This document shows positions 56,408 through 64,000 of a DNA stretch of 64,000 bases, one piece after another. Location: NCBI GenBank assembly GCA_965112155.1, contig OZ218098.1; one strand, given 5' to 3'. The position numbers and the translations under genes are program-made. A model generated the notes under the pieces. The model worked only from the letters and a program-made list of their open reading frames with translations. It was not told the DNA's origin and searched no databases. The DNA comes from Podarcis liolepis (taxonomy: Eukaryota). Within the stretch, counting starts at the first letter, position 1; every line of letters starts with the position of its first letter.

Positions 56408-58077
56408 TACTATTAATCCAGGCCCTTGAGGCCGCAGAGGTGGGAGGGGGAAAAACAGCTCCAGCACCAACCCACTCCTCTACTGTGGCCAGAAAAGGGG
56501 CGGTGGTGATGCGGGGGGGGGGGGAATTTCCTTACTATGGACGTGGCTGGGCTGCCTGCAGTTGCACCCCCATCCTCATAAGGAGGAATAACTGTGACGT
56601 GCAATACAACGAGGCATGCCTGTACTTTGGCAACTACTTAATAGCCTGAGAAAAATTCATTTAAAGATGTTCAGAATAGATAAACTGAACTATGCATCTA
56701 TGAAAATACCAGAAAACCTTTAAATGTATAGATACTGCATTGCAAAACGAGACAAGCAGGCTAGCAGATGACATTTTTTGTTTTTAAGGGTCTTGTCCCT
56801 CCACACTCATATTGCAACATTGGAGAAAGAGAAGAGCAAAGTGTTTTTCTGGTTCTGCTTAGATGGTGCTGGGGAGAGTGAAAACACAGCTATGTACCCC
56901 CCAAGATGAAGAAAGGCAGGCAGGCTATGCAAAGAGAGAGTTGTTTTCTCAGGACTATCCAGTGAATAAATGGCCACGTAGGCATAGCCAAAGAAGAGAA
57001 AATGCACCAGAAGGTCAAAATAAGACACACAAAATTTGCACATGGTCATTTATATGTATAGATATATATTTAGAAATAAATGCAAATATTTAATGGGAAA
57101 TATAATGCACTCCACCCTAGGGGTTAGACACTAACGAGGTGTTTGGTGTGCTTGCTGTACAAGTGCTGTGTGCTCGCAGTGTGCTCTAGTGCTTAAAGTG
57201 TTGGACTACGACCTGGGGGAGCTGGGTCAATAAACCCCACCGAGCTATAAAGATCACTGTGTGATCTTGGGCCAGTCACTGTTTCTCAGCTTAACCTACC
57301 TCACAGGGTTGTTGTGAGAATAAATGCAGATGGGGAGAAACATGTGTGCTGTCTTGAGTTCCTTGGAGGAAAAAGGGGCTTTCCCAGCTGGATAAATGGC
57401 TCCTTACCACGAGTGTCCACTATGTTAAGGTTTTAGTTTTGTTTTAAATGTATTTTCTTTTGTGCTTTTAACTGGGGTTTTTAATGTGTAAATTGCCTTG
57501 AGATGGTGGTCTAGAAGGTGATTCATAAATCTATTGTAACAGCAGCAGCAACAACAACAACAACATAAAATAAATAGATAAATAACTGTTGACAGGTGCT
57601 TCAAAACCCCTGCTTTCTCTTCTATGGCCTCCGTGGGTTTTATCTTTAAACTGGGAAACCCTTCAAACAGCAGACTGTCCTCTGGCAGTCTTTCAAATAG
57701 AAACATGGCAGTGCTACCAGAGAGCTCCATATGTGAGCAGGGATTTTCCACATTCAGATTAAACACTTCATAACACCATTTTTGCCCTCTTGCATTTTAA
57801 AACCCCATTTATATTCTGCACCTGAGTCCACAGGGAGATGCACTTGCCTTGGGCTGGGCGGGGGGAGGGAAATCTTTCCTTATTTTGCAAGGAAATGCCT
57901 TACAGTGCATGCCACGGTGACCTACACATTGTCTATTAATTTTACAATGTTTGAAGCAGCCCCGTCTCCTTCAGATTTCATTCCCCCCCTCCCTCAAGAG
58001 ACATCAGACCGCCCATCTTTTCTCTCCCTCAGGAAATAAGGAGAATAACAAGGTGAATAAGGTCATGTTTCCTCATT

Positions 58078-58160
58078 TGTCATTTTGTGGGCGGAGCCAG
58101 TCTTGCTACCAGGTATGTGTGTGTGTGTGTATATATATATACACACATACATACATACCC
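58078..58160 (+). promoter_or_regulatory. Secretoglobin B proximal promoter: GC box plus a TATA region expanded into (GT)n(AT)n(ACAT)n
   Basis: 58078-58107 matches the secretoglobin A promoter (54823-54794, -) at 24/30 nt. The TA tract lies about 90 nt upstream of the ATG, as in gene A. Confidence 0.6.
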
Positions 58161-58231
58161 GAGCTGTGCAGTCCAGGATCCCAAACAACCTGCTGCTTAT
58201 TGTAACCCTATTCAGAGCGTTCTTTGCCACC

Positions 58232-60320
58232 ATGAAGCCAGCGCTTGTCCTTCTGCTCATCACCCTGGCATTTTGCTGTTCCTCTGGTAAGCATTACTAA
58301 TGGCCTTCATTTCCTCAACAAACCGAAGGAGCAAAAATAGAACAATTCAGTGTAGTGTCTTCAGAAGCAACATTTGTAAACAAAGTGCCAGAGAGCCTCA
58401 GTGAAATGAACTCCAAAACCAGGACCCTTCAGGCATCGGGCTCTCCAGGCAAACAGTACCACCTGCCCAAAGGTAGGTATACAGGTGGCCAAATGCAAAG
58501 AGCTGTATTCAGCTGAGTTCTACACAGACCCATTGAAATTCAGGAACCTAAATTCATCCTATCCATTAACCTCAATGGTTCTACTTTGAGTAGAGCTAGC
58601 GCTGAAAACCACCGGATATGTGGAAAGGGGTCAGTTATGGATACCGCTAGGAGCAAGTTTATGAGCCTGGATGGTTAGAGCGTGGGACAGCCGCATATTC
58701 CTGCATTGCAGGGGGCTGGACTAGATGATCCTCAGGGTCCCTTCCAATTCTCTGATTCTCTGAAATTACTGGCTCTGACTGTGTTGATGCGAATTAGCAA
58801 GGCTTGCTTGTGCATCTGGGAGAACAGCTGGGTTCAGAGGAGCTGTGACAGTGGAAGGAGTGTGAAGAAAAGAAGTGTGTGGGTTCAGGGAGAAGAAAGA
58901 ATAGTTTTCAAAAAGGCTGGCCGTTGTGTTCTAGCACTATGACCCACCTACTTACTTCAGGAAAATGGGGTGGTCCTCTCAGTGCCCAGAACAAGGAGAC
59001 AAGGAGTTCACCTGGACTAACTCTTGAGAGGGCCCTGCACTCAAGCACAACCCAGCCCAAGTTCTCTCAGGAGCAGATCCCATTGTGCTTCATGAGGCTT
59101 ACTCCCTACTAATTGTGTTTACTAATTGTGTTTAGTTGCTTTTGTGCTACTGCCTGGCAGCTCACAGGACGGAGCTCAGAAAGATCTGTGAATGTGACAG
59201 TCAGTGAGTTACATGAGGCACCGCCAGTTTATGTTGGCTCTAGTAGTGACATCTCCATTCTGTGGTGAGCTCCAGTGTTGTACTCAATGGGATCCAGTTT
59301 AGAAGTTACTCAGCTCACAGGAAAGCTGGGCCAAAGTGTTTTTTGTGTTTTCTGGGGGGAGGCAGTGCTATGTAGAGGAAGCTTAATGTTTGACTGGTCC
59401 TTCCTGAATACACCACTTCCAGTGAGTGTGCCACCCTTTCATCATGGCTTCATGTCCCTGGCATGCAAACATAGCAATGAGCGAGTAAGCATTACACTCT
59501 TCCCTCATGTAGTGTCAGCAGAAGGAGTGTTTCTCCCACCACAACTCTACAGAGTTATAATTGGTATCCACATCATATCAGAGGTAGTGCATTCTCAGGT
59601 GAGCCACCACAAAGGGTTTAAATAAAGCATGCATTTTAAAAAAAAATCTGTTTGGTTTTTTTTCTTTTCTTCCTAGCTTCTTTTTATCAGTGTGCAGTTG
59701 TTCAAGATATTATGTCTCTAATGCTTCATGGATCAGAGTCCGATGTGAAGAGTGCTCTTGAAAAATACTCTGCTTCAAAGCTTGCAATATCTGCTGTTAC
59801 CACGTTGAAACAGAGCGTCGACAAATTGTCACAGGAGGAAAAAAATGGCTACAAGACACTGGTGGTAATTCTGTCACTTTTTTTCTTGCTTGTTTTTTCC
59901 CCAGTTGAAGATTACAAACAGGTTCAAAATTTTCAAACTTTATGTACAGTCTGTTTGTAAAAAACATTATGGTAGAGATCAAAAGTCAAACAGCCCTCTC
60001 TGTATACAAATTCTTATGCATAATCTCTCAATTTACACAGTATGCCTATAAAATTATGAGGAAAACCCAGGTCTGCCCACACTAAAGCTGGCCAACTGTT
60101 CCAATAGTTCAGGGAGGTGTCCCAAGTCACAAAGAGAAGGCAAAGATATTAATCATTTCCACTTATCTGCCATGATGCAATCTCATACATTTGGGGAAGC
60201 TTATTAATACTTTTGTTCATCAAAAAGTACTCTGTGCTTTTGTCTCCTGCTTCTTTTACACTTCAGCACCCTGTACTGACCTACATTTCATTTCAGGAAA
60301 AAGTGCTGGAAAAATGCTAA
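58232..60320 (+). CDS. Secretoglobin family protein B (88 aa, uteroglobin-like cysteine pattern)
   Basis: Kozak GCCACCATG. Exons 58232-58286 (55 nt, signal peptide MKPALVLLLITLAFCCSS), 59677-59864 (188 nt), 60297-60320 (EKVLEKC*). The exon sizes and phases are typical of secretoglobins, and the LKQSVDKL motif is present. Confidence 0.88.
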
Positions 60321-60483
60321 GCCTTCTAGGAATTATGATCTTTGGATGAAGCCCAGATAATTCTACATCCTGACTGCCAGCATCAGTTGCGGAGAAATAC
60401 TCCTCATCAATCTATTCTTTTCTTCCTCCTCTCTTGTATTGTCATTGATGAAGAAGTTTCATTTCCCCTGTGAAGCAATAATC

Positions 60484-61078
60484 ATTATGCTACTGAAAAC
60501 CTTGAGAATTTTTATGCCATGTTCTTGAATCTTTCATGCTTCAAATCACTGCCTTGCATTCCTGTGCTCAGGGTTCATTTCTAAATTTGTATGATGAATG
60601 CATTTTGTCACAGCCAGTGCCAGATTTACGTATAAGCTAAAGAAGCTATAGCTTAGGGCCCCACTCTCTAGGGCCCCCCAAAACTATATACTTCTTCTTA
60701 ATTGTATTTCACTATTAATATACTTCTTCTTAATTGTATTTCAGTTTAATAATTACTTTGATAAAATACATATTTTGTTATGTGCAAATGGCTTTAGGTA
60801 CCTATGAGGTCCATAAATTACCATATAGCATATATTCAACACACACAAAAACAGCGACAATTTGTTGTTGACAAAGGACAGCTGGACATATAAAGGGCCC
60901 CATTACCTTCAGTAGCTTAGGGCCTCATCAAACCTTATATCAAACCCTGATTATGCTACAGAAAACCTTGAGAATTCTTATGCCATGTTCTTGAATCTTT
61001 CATGCTCGAATCACTGCCTTGTAATCCTGTGCTCAGGATTCATTTCTAAGTTTGTATGATGAATGCATTTTGTCACAG
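60484..61078. mobile_element. hAT-like element (60615-60949) flanked by ~130-bp direct repeats (60484-60613, 60950-61078)
   Basis: Both flanks read ATTATGCTAC.GAAAACCTTGAGAATT...GAATGCATTTTGTCACAG with few mismatches. Element termini CAGTGCCAGATTTA...TATATCAAACCCTG. Confidence 0.8.
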
Positions 61079-62300
61079 AGGCTACTTTTGGGGATCTGGA
61101 GAACAAATCTAGAAGGGCAACATTCCCTCCATCCCTTAATAGTAAGTGACGATGGGTTCACATTGATATACTAAAGGACACAAGCCCAGCTCCAGAGTAT
61201 TGGGTGCCCAGAACAGGCTGCCCTTGATAGATCCCACAGCAGCAATTGCTTCCTCAGTTCCCACTAGCATTCGGTGCTGTCAACAGCCAACAGCCTTTGC
61301 CTCCCCCTTGCATGCAAGCAGACACATGCACAGTGACAGTGTTGCTGTTATGTGCTGGGCAGCCATGTAGCTCTCCCAGCCTCTGGAGGCAGCACAGCTC
61401 AAGTCAGGTAAACCCACTCTGGTGCTTTATGTATTTGCATGACAAAGACATGTGATGCAGCCCTGCTTGGAGCTGGGCAGGAAAGTAGGGACTTTAATGT
61501 ATTGTGCTTCCTCTGTGTAGCACTGGTCAAACAAAGGTTCTTCTTACAACGGTCTCCACAAGGTTTGGGTGATATCTACTCTAAGTGCAATAAGTTGCCA
61601 CAGGATCCAGATGGTCACTGTGGAGCAAATAATAACTCCTCAAGTAACATTGACCATCTTCAATGATTCTTAGAGCTCCATCTCGTGGCTTGCCAGTGAG
61701 ATGCACAAAAGAAAATACAGTAAGGGAATTAGGGAATAAGCCCCAAGGAACACAACAGAACCCACAGCTGAGCAAATCTCCATCAGATTGTGCTGCCCTT
61801 GAGTGCAGCCACACACACATACTCTTATGGCAGGCATGTACAAAGTCCGTTTCGGGGGCCTAATCTGGCTGGCCTGCCAGTCAGTTTAATGCTGTGGCAG
61901 TTTATTTCCCAGGGTAAAAAAAAGCTCAACACCACTGCCTTATGGGGTATCCAAGAGCACTATTTCAGACACGTGGCTCATATACCGGTACTTAGGTATG
62001 TTTTTACATTGTACATTTATGAATGTATTATTTTTATATATGAGACCTTAGAATTCCTATAACACCTTGTTCTCGGCAATGGGAGAACCATCAAATTCTC
62101 TTGAAGAAAGGTGGCTGGTCATCACAACGCCAAAATATTAATGCTAGAAATGAAGGAAGTTTTCCTTCATGTGACATTTTGCAGCTTAAAGAGAAGATGT
62201 TGCATTCAGCCACACAGGTGCATGTCTCAATGAGGTGATACTATGCACATGGAGAGCCAGATGTCTGAAATGTCCTCATTTTGGAACCTGTTTTACTGTA

Positions 62301-62541
62301 CAGTGGTACCTCGGGTTACATATGCTTCAGGTTACATACGCTTCAGGTTACAGCCTCCGCTAACCCAGAAATAGTGCTTCAGGTTAAGAACTTTGATCAG
62401 GATGAGAACAGAAATTGTGCTCTGGCGGCGCGGCAGCAGCAGGAGGCCCCATTAGCTAAAGTGGTGCTTCAGGTTAAGAACAGTTTCAGGTTAAGAAGGG
62501 ACCTCCGGAACGAATTAAGTACTTAACCCGAGGTACCACTG
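62301..62541. mobile_element. Tc1/mariner(pogo)-type MITE
   Basis: CAGTGGTACCTCGGGTTA...TAACCCGAGGTACCACTG, TA flanks. Confidence 0.88.
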
Positions 62542-63390
62542 TATTTCATTTACAAATGCTGTCTCTGAAAGCATGCACTGAATTGTTTTATTTTTGCTTT
62601 TTCAGTGACTTGCTGCAAAGAGCCATAAGTGATTCTTATCAAAGAAGTAGCAGCATGCTAGGGTGATGAACAGAAGGACAATGTCAGTTTCTGGGCAGGG
62701 GGGAGACACTTTAGAAGGTGTAAAACTGGGCATGTAATTTATTTAATTGCATAGTTCAGAAACAGGAAATAGCAACAGATGTTCTACCCATCACATGAAA
62801 ACGGAGGGCACTATAAACTTATTCACATCTGTTATCTTCCTTATTTCTTGAGGTGGGGGGAAGATGGATGGGAGGGGAATCCTTCAATTGGTGGAAGAAA
62901 AAGACGAATAAATAAAGGCAATAAAAGGAAGGAAAGAAAAAGAATATATAAACAGCACTAACAAAAAAACATCATCAGTTCACAGTATGGATACAATAAC
63001 CATCAGCACATCTTATTTTGATTTTTTCCTACACTGTTCTTTTTCCTTCCCCTTTTTGTGAAATCTACAGGTAAAAATCATTTAAATAATAATAATAATA
63101 AGTAAACCTTCCATTGGTTTGGAAAAGCAAATCTAGCAGAGACAGAGGGCTGTTTTAAACATTGCAAAATTTGTGGGCAACATGCTGAGTTTAGATATGG
63201 ACTTCACCAGCAGGTTGGGGGGGGAATCACTCTCTATTTGTATAGCTTACTTCACAAGGTTATTGAGAAGCTGAGATGTACCAGTTTTATGCAAATCAAT
63301 GTTCTCTTTTGTCCTCATTTTTGGTAATGCATTTCCTCTAAGCAGTGATTTAATAAGGGCTGGATGTCAAGTCCAGGTTCCTGCATCCCT

Positions 63391-63750
63391 AGGTAAAGGT
63401 AAAGGTAAAGGTAAAGGACCCCTGACAGTTAAGTCCAGTCACAAATGACTCTGGGGTTGCAGCACTCACTTTACTGGCCAAGGGAGCCCACGTTTGTCCG
63501 CAGATAGTTTTTCCGGGTCATGTGGCCAGCATGACTAAGCCGCTTCTGGCGAACCAGAGCAGCGCACGGAAACGCCATTTACCTTCCTGCCGGAGCGGTA
63601 CCTATTTATCTACTTGCACTTTGATGTGCTTTCGAACTGCTAGGTTGGCAGGAGCAGGGACCAAGCAACGGGAGCTCACCCCGTTGCAGGGATTCAAACC
63701 GCCGACCTTCCGATTGGCAAGCCCTAGGCTTTGTGGTTTACACCACAGCG
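63391..63750 (-). mobile_element. Sauria SINE with (ACCTTT)n tail
   Basis: (AGGTAA)4 on +, followed by the Sauria SINE body. Confidence 0.87.
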
Positions 63751-64000
63751 ACAGTTCAGATGATGCAAGGAGAGGCAAGCAGGCCCCACATCAGCACTTG
63801 GGTCAGCATGGGCATGTTGGAGCCCACCAAGGCTAACATCTTTTCCTTCTTATTTTGAAAAACATTCTATAGTTAGGGGGCAGCCAGCCAACCAGGCATG
63901 TGCATGGCTACAGATGTTCATTTTTAACACTCCCCCCTAACCATGTCTTATTCTTTTTTTTAGAACAAAATAGTGTTTATTCCCATTTATGTGTATTTAG

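Overview
This is vertebrate genomic DNA from a squamate reptile (probably a lacertid lizard), judged from Sauria SINEs, a BovB 3' end, tRNA-headed Squam3-like SINEs and CR1/L2/L1 fragments. Spliced genes were rebuilt by hand from GT-AG junctions and reading-frame continuity. They match the block at human 11p15.5: PSMD13 exon 1 (-), SIRT3 (+), RIC8A (-), BET1L (+) and ODF3/CIMAP1A (-). Where mammals carry SCGB1C1, this window has two divergent, intact secretoglobin genes arranged head-to-head (51654-54690 on -, 58232-60320 on +). They are about 32% identical, share a paralogous promoter and have only terminal cysteines, which suggests an ABP/Fel d 1-like heterodimer module in a reptile. Introns and intergenic DNA are rich in transposon structures: a three-layer nest (hAT MITE in a solo LTR in a Tigger1-like TIR), two MITEs sharing a triplicated TSD, a 118-bp perfect palindrome of probable Penelope origin, a twin-primed inverted L1 and a MITE flanked by a ~130-bp duplication. 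Orthology and repeat-family calls rest on recalled sequences, not database searches.
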